Shown: positions 1-12,915, numbered from the stretch's first letter. The stretch is DNA of 64,000 bases from Amoebophrya sp. A120 (GCA_905178155.1 CAJINV010000009.1:3658529-3722528), one strand, 5' to 3'. Numbers and translations: made by a program. The notes: generated by a model not told the origin, from the letters alone.

Positions 1-238
1 TGAATTTATTTTCAAAAGCGCCTTATATTATGTATGCAATTGCATTTGCAAGTTGTGCACTTATTTATATTTTACGCGGTTTAGTTCCGCTTCTCCTGTA
101 GCGCTTCCCCTTCGGTAGTATGGTGACCGCTCTCCGCACACGCGATTATCTATCAGCCTAACGACTCGGGGGGAAAGGGCGTCACTAGGTTCGCTGCCTC
201 AAAACAACTAACTTGGCTTTGATAAGTGAGACGAAGGT

Positions 239-1102
239 ATGACCATGACCAACCGCCCGGCTGACCACGCGGCGGATGGGTTATCGTCATCTTTGCAACA
301 TGCAGCCCCAGGCTACATGGAAGACAGGAAGACGAAGATGGCACACGAAGACCCCCAGCATCACACGACTTTGCTTATTGCGGCTCCAGCGCCGATTGCT
401 GCAGGGGTGGCGACTGCAACTAGGAGCGCCTCTTCGTCCGACGCCCGAGAAGGTGAAGAAGACCCGAATGATTCCGGAGCGCAGGGCTTCGACTTTCCAC
501 TTTCTGACTTCGTGCTACATGAAGCACTGAATATCAGCCCTAGTTCGCAGATGTTCCTGTCCGGTTTCCTCCTGGGCGTTCTCTTCAGCGTCGTGGCCCC
601 GTACGTCTGGAAATTTTGTAGCAGCAGCTGTACTTCTTGCCTCCGCGGCGCGGGATCTGTTTTATGGAACAAGGTCCGTATGATCCGACCAGCGGCGAAG
701 GAAAAGAATCTGGGTCTTGTCACGGAGGAGCCAAAGGACGACGCGCAAGCCCGTGGAGACGCAAACAACTCGGAGGAAGAAGCGGAGCTGAAGGAGCCGC
801 TACTACCAAAAGAGGACGAACGGGAAACGGACCCGGAAGTTGTGGCTGCTGACAGAAGTGAAAGCTTTGGTCGAAAAGAGCAGTACGAGGAGGAGCAGGT
901 TGCCGACAGTGAAGGGTTTGGCCGATACGAGCAGGATGAACAGGAGCAGGAGGTGGACGAGGCGGCGCACCATGTTCATGTCGCGCACCCGCGTGAAGAA
1001 GCTATCGAAGATCTTACGTCTGCCACTGTTGGCTCGCCTTCTACTCCAGCGCCGGGGCTGTTAGTTGACGTCGAAACGCTCACTAACTCGCCACATGTAT
1101 GA
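239..1102 (+). CDS. Hypothetical acidic protein with one predicted TM segment
   Basis: 287-aa ORF; hydrophobic MFLSGFLLGVLFSVVAPYVW followed by an E-rich tail; no recognisable domain. Confidence 0.55.
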   Translation: MTMTNRPADHAADGLSSSLQHAAPGYMEDRKTKMAHEDPQHHTTLLIAAPAPIAAGVATATRSASSSDAREGEEDPNDSGAQGFDFPLSDFVLHEALNISPSSQMFLSGFLLGVLFSVVAPYVWKFCSSSCTSCLRGAGSVLWNKVRMIRPAAKEKNLGLVTEEPKDDAQARGDANNSEEEAELKEPLLPKEDERETDPEVVAADRSESFGRKEQYEEEQVADSEGFGRYEQDEQEQEVDEAAHHVHVAHPREEAIEDLTSATVGSPSTPAPGLLVDVETLTNSPHV

Positions 1103-1448
1103 CACCAAAAAGCGTCGTCCCGACTGGTACCCGAGCCGAGGAAGCAGGAGCCGGGACTCTCTTCTAAAAATCCCGTGCTTTTTACACGTAGAAGTGCATG
1201 CTAATGTTTGTGTTTCATTTGCATGTAGCACAAAAAAAATGAGAATGACGACAAAGTCAAAGAAGTCAAAGAGAAAGAAAATGAAAACTACACACCCATG
1301 GTATCTATTGGTGATACAGTCTTGAATTGCAATCTTGAAGTTGCTTCCGCTCTGATGCTGGTTCCGGGGCGGTTTTGGTTCTGATAGTCTTGCGCAGCCA
1401 CCGACAGCGAAGCCGAGTGGGAGGAGCAACTGGTGTTGTGGTGTGCCA

Positions 1449-1717
1449 TATGCATTGCAAATATCTCTCAGTCTGGACGAACGCAGAATTTATCATGCAG
1501 GGTTCGCATGACCCAGAAGGTTTCTTTGGAATGCGGGCTCTAGCCCAAGCTTCGCAGGTTTTATAAGAAATATTAATACTGCCTTCGGGGCGTGCCCAGA
1601 AGTGGAGGCTTTTGCTGATTATGCAATACAGATTTTCGTATTCGTTTTCGTGTCGATGTTGACGTCTAGCATGACAAACTCGGACTCTTCCAGGCCCATA
1701 CACATTTGCAATGCATA
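1449..1717. mobile_element. TAT..ATA TIR element, family B-like (host gene unassigned)
   Basis: flanks TGCCA/TTCCA. Confidence 0.7.
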
Positions 1718-3526
1718 TTCCAAAGCGAGGAACAAGGAGGTCGACGGGTAGCTAATCATGCCTAAAAGGGAAATATTTGCCGGTATTTGCCTTTTCAATT
1801 GATCTTGATGAATCGAAAATGACGGCTACTAGTAAGACGCGAAGTGTGTGGGGCATCCTTTTTGGAGTGGGATTATTTAGGTTCAAACTGGTCCCTGCTC
1901 CATCTTCGGATAATTTATTTCTATAAGTTCGAAACAACTGTAGCATCGTCGCGAGGAGAAGGGACGAGCAGTCTGGAGCCGCAAGGCGAAGGGGTCAGAT
2001 GGCATTTACGAACCACGAATAGAGAACCGCGAAGGAACAAGGACGACGAGCCAAGATCACTCCACTCTCCGATCTCGGGTTGTCTATGTGCTATCTCGCT
2101 GCTTTTAGTTTGTGATTTGTAATATTAAAAAAAAAAAATGTTCAAATAAAAACTTCAGGAGTTTTATCAAATGTGGTCGGCGCAGCACCGACCCCGGTAG
2201 AGTTTAGAGGGTTTTAGGGTCCTGTCAAACTTCGACGAGAAGTTACTTGTACAGACTTTTAGCACTATTTTCTTTTTGATTTTACATTATACAAACTTTT
2301 AGCACTTTTTTGCACGATGTACACTAGACGTTTTAGTTTCACGAAAGAAGCATTTACTTTTTTTTGACACCAGAAAACAAAGAGATTTTCAAATATTTCA
2401 TTCCCTTTTTTCTTTTTCTCCTTCTTTTCAAATGAGTAACATCACCATCACCATCATCATCATTCAGTGGCATGACCTTCCCGCAGTTCGGTACAAAATC
2501 AAAAACAAAATCTGTTTGTTATATATAAATATCATTTATCCCGAGTTTTTTTTGGTCTTTACGCGTCCCCTCGCACAATAAGTTTACTGTTTCACCCAGC
2601 AAGGACAGCATCACTTAGGCCCGCAGAGCATGCTCTTGTTCATCAAGTACGATGATACTCGACTATTCAGTTGTTGTGGTGTTCTACAAGCACGACCGTG
2701 GCCGCAGTGCATGACAAATTCGATTGCAGTCAAGACGAGGTGGTCAGCAACTCATTCGGTTGACAAACATTCTGTCGGTCTGAAAAAAGATGAGAACTAC
2801 TACATTGGGCGAGTCGGTATCGACGGCGATGTCTGATCATGCCACAGCATCCGCCGAAAGATGAGTAGGAATTCTTGTTGTCTCCGACAAATCATTTTAA
2901 GTTCGACTAGACCGGAACTTGTGCAACATGTGCGGCTCCGTGTAATTCTAGTTGCACATCATACAACTCAACACGTAAAAGAAAAGGCTCTTCTTGCCAT
3001 GTCAGTGGAGGACGAGAAGAGCAAGATCGCTCACCCGTGGCGTGTCATGGTCGACTGCGTCACAAAGTAATGACAGCACGCAAAAAAAATAAAAAAACAG
3101 GAGAAAAGAAGTTAAAAGCTACGCAATCACGACATATTTTGTTGTGACATACGAGGCGATAATATAATTTTCCCCACACGACCCTAATATTCCAACATCA
3201 AACATACCTTTTGGCTCTCAACAAAGTATTCAAAAAGAAAAGCCACATCGTGGTAAACAATAAAAAAAACAAATATATTTTTCGAAAGCAGAGCGTAGCT
3301 ACTGCTCTTCCACTCGAAAAACCTGTTGTAGTTTTCTGTCATTGCGTCTTGTAGTTTGAGTTACGTCAGTTGGAGCATTTTATCGAAAAAACCCTGGTAC
3401 CGGCTCATCCTCATAATTTTAGTACGCTCTGAATACGGCTTGCGACGACGACTTCCAAATCTCTTATTGCCGGTTTATTGTCAACATCAACAATCAACAT
3501 CAGCCAGCACTGTCATATCAATTGCC

Positions 3527-6500
3527 ATGGCAATCAAGAAAGGCACTGCAGGCGGAGCGAAGGCTCCGACCTCCGGCCCCACGGCCGCTAGGGCCAAGTC
3601 CCCTCCCAAAGTGCAGACGGACGTGAGCAGCATGTCTGCCACACGCGTCATGTGGTCTGTTGCGACCCCGATTGCGGGCGCGGGGCCCATATGGATTGCA
3701 AAAGTGTCGTACTCGTAGTATTGCAATACAAAATAGCTCAGCATGACAGATGGAATTTCTCATGCTGATTTAGCTGGGAAAAGAAATTTGTCTTGCATGA
3801 CTGCGTTTTTGAGTACGAGTGCGACATTTTTGCACAGGATAGCCCACGGGCATGAAGAAGAATTTCCAACCGGCACCCCGGTCCAGCGCCGCGGAGATAT
3901 CCGCAGTAAAAAATTTCCCGTACACGTAGACGTACAAATGCATTTTCTGCATGACAAAACTTGCCTTCAATCCTAGTCTAGCATGACAAGTTGGACACTG
4001 CAAGCTAGCGAAATTTGTCATGCATTTTGTACATGTACTGGAAATTTACATTGCATACGAGACTGCGAAGCCGAACGCGCAACAGGAAAAAGCGGCCTTG
4101 CACGAGCAGCGGGTCAAGGATTTGCAGCTGGTGCAGCAGATGGCGCAAAAGAACCAGATTTTGTTGCCGCAGCTGTTGTGGTCGAACGACACCAAGATTC
4201 AGTCCCTGTTCGAGCTCGTCGTGGAGAAGAATAAGGAGGAGGCAGCTGCTGCGGAGGGTATGATTCTGAAAATCAACGAGACGATCACGAAGCAAAACCC
4301 CTGGGCCATGCGCCAGTTCCTCAAGAACAAACTCAGTATCTACTTCGACCCCGTGCTCGCGAAACCCCAACAGAAACAGCTGGCGTTGCTATGAACTACA
4401 AAAGCATCGTACTAGTAGGAAAAGGAATTGCATTACAAATTTCCTCAGCATGACAAATGCAATTTGTCATGCAGATTTGCCTTGGGAACGAGATTTGTAA
4501 TGCATACATGCAGTACAACGATACTTTTGCACAGGATAGTTGCAATGTCTCGACAACATGCTCACCACCGGGGGTATCAGAAGAGAGAAAAGCGAGGATG
4601 AACAACTCTGTCAAGTTGTAGAACATCATTGATGTTCTACATGATGGTCGTGTGAAAATGTTGCAGTTGCTTCAACAACAGTTGGCTTCAAGCTTGTCAT
4701 GCTAGAAACAAACCCACAGCCAGGTCCGTGATAGGTAGATGTACTAAAATTAAAATGGACTACTTCTCTCGTCCGCGTGTTCCACGACGCGAGGTGCACT
4801 GCTCGTGGAATTAGTGCACATTGCGGAAAGTGCGAGTTGCTGCACCATCCAACACGATCATGAAATCATGCGATGCAGCCGGAGGAGGTGCAACTGCAAA
4901 TTAACGAAAAACGAAGTTTTACAAATTTGACACAGAGGTTGAGCTTCACAGGGCTTTTCTCTCCTTCCATATCCCGCGTCACCGCCTCGGAAGTTCTTGG
5001 GTCGGAGCTGTGCAATATCAAACAAGAAAGTGTTAACGTTAACGGTTTCCACCGCAGATGGCAGTCATGCATTACAAATTTTGCCTTCGATGCATGCTAC
5101 GCAGTACAAATTTGGGCGCCTTTTCTGATGCATTACTGCATCACAAATTCCCTTACGTTAACACTTTTCCTTGTGATATGCAATTTAATCCCCATTCTCA
5201 CCCCTGGTTTGACGCAGGACCTGAAGGTGGGAAAATTTGCCGCGAAAGTCCTGCAAGCGTTGCTGAAGTGCTGCAACAACACGGACCTCATCAACGGTAC
5301 CTGCGTGCAGCCCGGGGAATCGAACGTTCTGGAGCAAAACAAAACGTTTCTCGTACCAAATGTAAAAATGTCTGGGTCTGGAAGACTCATGCTGTTTTTG
5401 CATGACACAGAAGGTCTGGCATGGAAGCTCTAGCGTCACAGGTTTACTCGAGAAGCTTCCGCAATGCCGAACCCGCATGAGAAGTCCCCCACTTTAGTGA
5501 CAGAAAGTGGGCAGCACTTATTGCTACCTGTGCATGAGAGATTTTTCTGTGTTCTAAAATGCGCATCACAAGTTTGTACTTATTCTTCCAGACCCAGACA
5601 TATTTGCAATCCATATCTCGACTACGCCTACGATTGTGCGGTGTCGAACAACATGAAAAAAGACCTGCCGGTGATCATCGAAGCCTTGGTATCAAAAGGA
5701 AAAAACCCGCCTCCCCACATTGAAAGCGCATCCGTCTGAAAATTTGTGATGCAGATTTGTGACCACGAATCCAATCCTGTCTGTCTTGCAAGAGGGCAGG
5801 CCCAGAGAGTCCGCCACATGTAGGCGGTTTGTGATACAACTGCTCAGCTTACAGCATAGACATTTGACATGCTAGGCCCCGAAATCAAAACCGCTCCGCT
5901 CAGGCTTGCCATATGCCTGCAGTCCTCTACTGCAAGACAGACCCGATCTGTGTACGAAAATCCAGCATCAGAAAAATCGTTTCGATATGGGGAGGGGGGA
6001 TTTTTCCTTTTGATACGTGGCCGGCTGTTTATTTGTGCAGAAAGTGGAACCGCCCGCACTGTCCGTGATGATCCCCGTTTTCAAAGCGGGGCTAAACGCG
6101 AAAGACGAGAAGGTTGTCCGCCGCACCACGAAAATCCTGGAAAACATGGCCAAACTCGTGGACATATCCTGTGCAAAAGTATCGTACTCGTATTGCAGTC
6201 GTGCATTACAAATCTTTCTCTTAAGGCAAATCAGCATTACAAATTTTATCTCTCACGCTGAGGAAATTTGTAATGCATTTATACGAGTGCGATACTTTTG
6301 CAATTCATAGGACAGCGAGAAGGAAGACGCCTACCCCTTGATCACGCACGTGCTGCCCCTGCTAGAGCAGAAGTTGGATACGGTTTCCGATCCGGAAGTC
6401 CGGACCCAACTGCTACACGCCGACATGGTATTCCGGAGTTTGACCAAGGGCCAGCGGATCGCCGCGGACGTCCGCGGAGAGTTTGTCTATCTCGGCCCGG

Positions 6501-9500
6501 TTGTGAACATCATGAAGGTGCTGACCAATTCCGCGCCGCAAGCGGTGCAGCAGATTGCCACCGACAAGGCGAAGCTGGAGCACCTCCAGGAGGCCATTGC
6601 GAGTCTGATGGCAGCAAAGAACCAGTCGCAAAACGACTGGGAGAAGGTGATATCAAATGCAAAAATGTCTGCATCTGGAAGAATACAAGTTTGTCATGCT
6701 TGGCCGGTAATACAAAAAAGTATGTGATGCTTGTTGCGCAAAAACGCCACTTGTTTGTCATGCAAAGAGGCCATTTGTCATGCGCTTTGCGCTGGGCATA
6801 GCCGCTCAGAAACTTGTCATGCGCAGCTCCGCAACACAGTTTGCGTATCATTCGGACATTAGCATGACAACTTTCCAGATCCAGACATATTTGCAATGCA
6901 TAGGTGACCAGTGTGTGCAACATTTCGAAGACGGAAACCCGTATCTTGATGTCTTCGCTGCGGAATTTATCAAAGGAGAAAACGCCCCTACTGGATCATA
7001 ACGAGTTTTATTTCTACGATTTGCATGTTGTTGTTGTGTCTGGTGTTTCCCGGCGGCCATTCATTTGCAACAGGTGTTGCAGACTGACACAAGAAATCCA
7101 CAGGCAGTTCTCTACTTTCCATGCCGCGAGGCATTTGTGCAATAGCGAATACAAATGCCATGCATAATTCCTGATTGATGTGGATCTCAAAAATCTATTC
7201 GTGATCGTGAGCTCGTTGTGCCTCATCCTTTTTCCAAGCATAACCCTTCAAGAACATGTTCGACGACATCGAAGACGAGTACACCATTGTCGATGATGAT
7301 CCGAAGCAGCCCACGCTGTACCAAGGCAACTTCACCCTCGCGTTCGGAACTTCGATCCTGCTGAATATGGAGGGAAAAAAGTAAATATATTGCTTCGCTC
7401 CTGTATTGGGCGCCGACGTGTGTTAGATAGCCCAGCATTAGCTTCTACTCTTCTGGAAAAGTTCGCACGTGTGCAGATTTTTTCATCTTTCATGCGATGT
7501 TGAGGGTAACTCGTCATGCGAGTCTTCATTGTGCAATCGCCGTTAAACAACACCGCGACAAAAGTAAGTTGTGAAGCATTTCCTGTTTTTTCCTCACCAT
7601 ACCCAAGGACGCGAACCTATTGCTGAAACAGTCCCGGTTCTATGGCCTGGTGGGTCCTAACGGGTGCGGAAAGACCGCCTTTCTACGGGCCGTGGCCAAC
7701 GATAAATTGCTTGCCGCGACCGACGGCGGCCAAGCTACGGGCGCGAACAAGAACATGAAAATTGTTTTGGTCGAGCACGATATCGACGAGGAAGAAAAAA
7801 TCCAGCCGGGGCAGACGGATCAAGTGTACGCGCAGAGCGTGAAAACGGTGGGCGACCTCACTGGTGTGCAATACGTGCACTGGGTCGTGAACTACAAATA
7901 CCACACGAAGGTATCCGTCGCGGAATGCGAAAAGCTCCTGGTCGGGGTGGGCAGGTACTTATTCGTTCTTGTGGCAGGAGCATGATGTCCATGACCTATG
8001 ACTTTGAATTCATGAATTTCGTATTTATACGTTAGTAAAGAAATTTTAATGAGAAGTCGAACGTCGAAACGTTAACGTAGGACTGCAAGAACTCGGCAAG
8101 AACTCGTGATGGTGTAAATATCAAAGGCTCATCAAAAAAATCTTCAAATGAATACACCTCCTAACTACAGTTTCGGCCCCTCCAACTCCACCCCCACGGA
8201 CAAGACGAAAGCCACGTGCGGGCAAAAGTGGCTGACCTATTCCGGTTATGCACTACAAAAGTATCTTCGTGCTCCTAGTATTGCAATACAAATTGACTCA
8301 GCATGACAAATGGAATTTTTCATGCTGATTTAGCTTGAAAAAGAAATTTGTAATGCATAGACAAATGCATTATATGCAATTCGTACGAGTGCGATAGTTT
8401 TGCTCAGGATACCGGTGGTTGGCGCATGAAGATGCAGTTGTTGGCGGCCCAGATTGCGAAACCGGACCTCTTGCTACTCGACGAGCCAACGGGCCATATG
8501 GACACCAGCAATCAGGACTGGATGCAAAAGTGGCTGAACTCCTTCGTGACCTCGGAGAAAAAGACCGTCATTTCCGCGAGCCACAACTTGAATTGGCTGG
8601 CAACCACCGTGAAAATGACCGACCTGATCTACTTCACCAACACCGCAGGCGGGGGCATGAGCCTGATGTTCAAGCTCCGGCAATTTCACGGGTCGCTGAA
8701 TATCAAATGCAAAAATGTCTGGGTCTGGAAACTTGTGATGCTAAAACGTGCATGATGGAAAGGCTTCCGAATGCAGCCCAGCATGACAACTTTCCGGAGC
8801 GCTTTCTCATAAGTAGGTAGTCTGCATGAGAAACTGCGTTCTTGCACGACAAAAATGGCTGCGGCTTTTGTCGGTTATGCAATACAGATTTCCCAGGAAT
8901 GTAAAGCTAGCATTACAAGTTCCAACTTTCCAGACCCAGACATATTTGCATTTGATACTGAAGGATTTTGCGCAAAAATATCCCAAAGAATGGGAAAAAA
9001 TCGTGGCGACAGCCGAGAAACAGCCGGGGGGCAGGGGTAGTATGGGCGACGTTTTAGGAGCACAGAAAGTCGGTGGTGCAGCAGCAGCAGCAGCAGACGC
9101 TGGATCTCCGCAACAAGAACAGAATAAAATCGTTTTCCCGCAACCCGGTCCGTTGCAGGGCATCACCTCGAAGACGAAGCAGATTCTGAAAATGGACAAG
9201 GTCAGCTTCGCCTACACCGGGGACAGTGCTGCGGGTGGAAAAAACGCCAGCAAAACCAATGTCGTGAACGAAGTGTCACTGCAACTCTGTTTGAAATCCC
9301 GCGTCGCGGTGGTTGGCCCGAACGGGGCGGGGAAGACGACTCTGATGAAGCTCTTACTCGACGAACTCCAGCCGAACTCGAAAACCAACAACGCGTCCTT
9401 CCGGGCGCAAAACAAGATTTTCCGCCACCCGGAGCTGCGGATTGCGTGCGTGGCGCAGCTATCCTGTGCAAAAGTATCGTACTCGTTGTATTCGTAATCA

Positions 9501-11345
9501 TGCATAATTACAAATCCTCTCCTTAAGGTCAATCCGCATTACAAATTTTATTTCTCATGCTGAAAGCATTTTTTTATATTACGAGTGCGATACTTTTGCA
9601 GTTCATAGCAGCAGGCGCTGCACCACTTGGACCGGCATTTGGACGAAACGCCGTTTAAATACATGCAGTGGCGCTTCGAAGGCCTTAACGATCGCGAAAA
9701 CGAGCTAAATCGGATCGCTGGTAGTTACACTGACTGTATTTTAGGTTTTGCTGCACCAGAAACTACTAAAACATCTGAATGTAGGGTCATGTTTTCAGTT
9801 TCCATCATTACGTTTTCATCTTAGCCACTACATCTTCTACGCACAAACAAAGCTGCGCGATCGCAAAATAAATCACCATATTCTGATCAGGTGCGATGGC
9901 AGCGCCCCCGGAACCTTCCCCTGACGTGGTGAACATTGCTCCCTTCGGTTGGACGGTCGCGTACCAGCCCACGGCCATCGTCCGGCCGGTGAAGTTCAAT
10001 CCCAAGACGAACCAGCCGCTCGAGGTGGCGCGGAAGCTCGTCGCGATTACCGACCGCCGGAAAAACGGTGCGAACAACGGGTACGACTATCAGACGACGT
10101 GGGAGGGAAATTTCGTGCCCGTGGACACGATTACCAACGTGTGGGTCTCGCGGGAGCAGCTGGTGGAGATGGGTTTGGATATGCATTGCAAAAGTATCGT
10201 ACTCGTACCAATGCATTACAAATTTCCACCTCAGCATGAGAAATAAAATTTGTGATGCTGATTTCCCTTGAGAAAAAGTAGACTTGTAATGCATGATCGC
10301 AATACGAGTACGATGCTTTTGCTGTGCATATTGGAAAATTTAGCGCAACGCGAGGACGAGCGCCGCGCGGCGGAAAAGGGGTTATTAAACATGGTGCTGA
10401 CCCAGCAAAATGTAGAGGAGTTCTTTTTCAATTTCGGGTTGTCCAAGGAAGAGGTCTCCTTCACGCCGATTGGCAAGCTCGCCGCTGGACAGAAGGCAAA
10501 ACTGGTGCTCGGGGCCTCCATGTGGCTGCACCCCCATGTGCTGGTGCTGGACGAACCGACGAACTATTTGGACGCGAAGGGGCTGGAGTCCCTCATTTCC
10601 GGGCTGGAAACGTTCGGCGGTGGCGTGTATGCATTGGAAATTTGGCTGGGTCTGGGTTTGCGTTTGTGATGCGAGGATCTTAGAAGATTTGTCTTGCATG
10701 AAGACGAGGATTGGCTACCTTTTTTGTCGTGCTGAAAAAGGGTAGTTTGTAGTGCTAATAAACGCGCTCGCAAGCGTACTCGCACTTGAGTGTAGTAGAA
10801 GCCACAGAAAATAAACTCACCATGCTAGCGCAGCTATGTCGTGCAAGCGGCCAGCGCCCTGCAATGCCAATGCGAGTACATATCAGCAACACAAATTTAT
10901 TCCCAACCCAGCAATGTTTGCAATGCATAGCGTGATCATGGTGTCGCACAACGAGCAATTTTTGCAAAAGGCCGGGTTTCTCGGTGCGACGGGAGAGTGC
11001 TGGCGCATGACCCTGGATGGCAAGCTCACTCGCGAGGGCCTGCTCGCGGAGCAGCACGAGAAGGTGCACGGCCCGCTGTCGCGCCAGGGGTCCCGGGCGA
11101 GTGACTTGTCGAGTAGATTGTCCTCCAGTATCACGGATGGGTACGGTAACACTTTGAACGTGCCTGAGCCCGGCAGCAAGGGCACCTCGAAGCTGAAGAA
11201 GGAGAAAAAGAAGCAGATTCGCGAGTTACAAGTGTCCCTGGGGGCGGACGAACTGACGGAAGCCGCGAAAATGGAAATGCAGGACCGCATGATGATTCTG
11301 AAAAAGCCCGAACTGATGGGAACGCTGGTGCAGGTGGAGGCGTGA
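3527..11345 (+). CDS. eEF3-like (translation elongation factor 3 / ABCF-type) ATPase: HEAT region plus two ABC domains with an insert at the chromodomain position; 16 TIR-introns and 2 GT-AG introns
   Basis: After removing the elements: FVQKVEPPALSVMIPVFKAGLN..RRTTKILENMAKLVD, VSDPEVR, FTLAFGTSILLKDANLLLKQSRFYGLVGPNGCGKT, YSGGWRMK..LLLLDEPTGHMD, LCLKSRVAVVGPNGAGKTT, HLDETPFKYMQWRF, LAAGQKAKLVLGASMWLHPHVLVLDEPTNYLD, FGGGVIMVSH; collinear with fungal eEF3 motifs as I recall them. Confidence 0.9.
3690..3841. mobile_element. TIR-intron family A
   Basis: TIR TGCAAAAGTGTCGTACTCGTA; DR GCCCA. Confidence 0.9.
3898..4057. mobile_element. TIR-intron
   Basis: DR GGAGA/CGAGA; joins AE-TAK. Confidence 0.8.
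4390..4538. mobile_element. TIR-intron family A
   Basis: DR GTTGC. Confidence 0.9.
4575..4971. mobile_element. Degenerate TIR-intron
   Basis: TIR tatcagaagagagaaaagc / gcttttctctccttccata; flanks GGGGG/TCCCG; +5 removal in frame. Confidence 0.7.
5016..5178. mobile_element. TIR-intron family F
   Basis: GTGTTAACGTTAACGG TIR; DR TGCAA. Confidence 0.9.
5354..5615. mobile_element. TIR-intron family B (TAC start)
   Basis: ATGTCTGGGTCTGGAA TIR; DR TCTCG. Confidence 0.9.
5690..6015. mobile_element. TIR-intron family C
   Basis: CCTCCCCA TIR; DR CTTGG/CGTGG. Confidence 0.9.
6165..6309. mobile_element. TIR-intron family A
   Basis: DR GGACA. Confidence 0.9.
6651..6902. mobile_element. TIR-intron family B
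   Basis: DR GGTGA. Confidence 0.9.
6968..7242. mobile_element. Degenerate TIR-intron
   Basis: flanks GAATT/ACCCT; +5 removal gives RNFKNMFDD. Confidence 0.7.
7366..7601. mobile_element. Degenerate TIR-intron
   Basis: flanks CTGAA/CCCAA; +5 removal gives ILLKDANLLLK. Confidence 0.8.
7955..8170 (+). other. Canonical GT-AG spliceosomal intron
   Basis: AG|gtactt...ctaactacag|T; CTAAC branch-point-like motif; restores the frame leading to YSGGW. Confidence 0.75.
8247..8411. mobile_element. TIR-intron family A
   Basis: DR CCGGT; splits the ABC signature SG|GW. Confidence 0.9.
8701..8957. mobile_element. TIR-intron family B
   Basis: DR CTGAA. Confidence 0.9.
9460..9607. mobile_element. TIR-intron family A
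   Basis: DR GCAGC. Confidence 0.9.
9721..9890 (+). other. Canonical GT-AG spliceosomal intron
   Basis: G|gtagtt...ctgatcag|GT; joins RIA-GAMAAPP in frame. Confidence 0.75.
10180..10330. mobile_element. TIR-intron family A
   Basis: DR TTGGA. Confidence 0.9.
10628..10929. mobile_element. TIR-intron family B-like
   Basis: DR GCGTG; joins GGGV-IMVSH. Confidence 0.85.
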
Positions 11346-12915
11346 AGATTAATTACGGTTTTTGATATCGACGCCGCTTTATTTTCGTTTTTTAAATTAC
11401 CTCTTCCCAATGAATCAGTGTAGGTCCTCTGACCGCCACGCTCGCAGCTGAACACCTACAACGAAGCTGGTTCGTGAAGTTTTATGTGTAAGAAAATCTA
11501 CTACTAGAAGATCATGATCTACGTCTGCCTCTGCCTCGACAAGACCGTAGCTGGTCAAAATGCAATCGTGGAAGTCACTGCCGCTCCATTGCGGCTTGAT
11601 GACACCCGCGACCTCGAGTCCTCTACGCACAGTCACTCAGAGGTCTGTCTTCTGAAGAAATAAACATGCAGCAATAGCTTTTCAAATCGCTGTTGTTGCC
11701 CCTCGGTAGTTGCCGTGGTGTTTTTTCTTTGGAAAGAGAAGTTAGGTGAGGCGAAGAAGCAGGCAGTATTTTTCTGTTTTGATTATAGAAGTTGTCCAAA
11801 TTGTGGTATGATCACTTTTTGTTTTTACGTAGTTCTATTGCATGATTATAAATTGCCTACAGGTTGACATAGTCAGCAATTAGCATTTCATATTTCATCA
11901 CCTGTATACAGGAATTTTCTTCCACCTTTCTACGAAGAGTTTTGGCACAGTACGACTCGCGCGTTTTCGTGTCCCACCATTTTGGCGCGACAAGAGAACC
12001 CTCACGGGAAAAAACTACCTTTTACCTCCAAAATCACAAAACCAAGATAGTCATATTAAGTACTTACATAGATACACGTCTGCAACATTTTGAATGCTCG
12101 CGCAACTGTGAGTTTGTGTTTGACATATGAAGTTTTGTCTAGTTTTTCTTTTTTCAGAAGAATGGCACGACGTAAAAACTTAAACTTTTGAGACCGATGA
12201 ACTTTAGTGAAAAGCGAAAGCTGCAGCACGAAGATGACAGCTGGGCACGTGGACCTCAGCACAAAGGGGTAGGTACTTAGAGCACTTGCTTGCTTTATGT
12301 TCACCGAGCGGCCATGTACATCTACATTTTGAAGTTGATGCTTCATCAGCTTCAGCCGTGTGCGAGAACAAGCAGGCAGGTGCTGCTCATCTAGTTCTGA
12401 CTCCCGCTCTCCACGACTGATATACAGATGATTTCTCCGAAACAATTTTGCAAGCCGACGGCTAGAAAAGTGAAAGAAGCCGTGGCTCTTTGATGAGAAA
12501 AGGCTGATGAAAAGAAACTGCGCTGAAAGTAGAGCAAGAATTCTGCTTGTTCGCGGCGTCGTGGCGTTTACCCCGGCGTCTGTAATGAAAGGTGTTCCTC
12601 TTTATTTTCGGTTGAAAAGTTCATGAGGACGATAACTTCTTCCAGATTCTTATTTACATTTCAGAGATGAACAACGCTCGCTGAAAGAAATATCTTGGAA
12701 TATTTTTCTTGTTGGTATTCCTGTTGTCGTCTTGATGCCAGGCCTGTTGTCACAAGAACCCTATTGACACCTTGTATGTGTTGACGAGGAGAGCACGAGC
12801 TGCAGCTGCAACTGTATTGTGAAGAACAGGGTCACGACGATGCGAAAGAGCAGTTAAAAGAGAACAAAACACGTGAAGAATCAATTGCTCCACCAGTGCA
12901 GAAAAAACGACAAAA

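Noticed and set aside
1103-2122. Gene hosting element 1449
   Set aside because: Only short, unconvincing frames after removal; left unassigned
10627-10930. GT..AG splicing using G-TAT and ATA-G (element+2)
   Set aside because: Would add a residue to the conserved GGVIxxSH motif, and most elements lack these flanking G bases; it remains possible at 26931-27273
3527-11345. eEF3 as a transposon-disrupted pseudogene, or use of a non-standard genetic code
   Set aside because: Reconstructed exons contain no stops or frameshifts under the standard code and the catalytic motifs are intact
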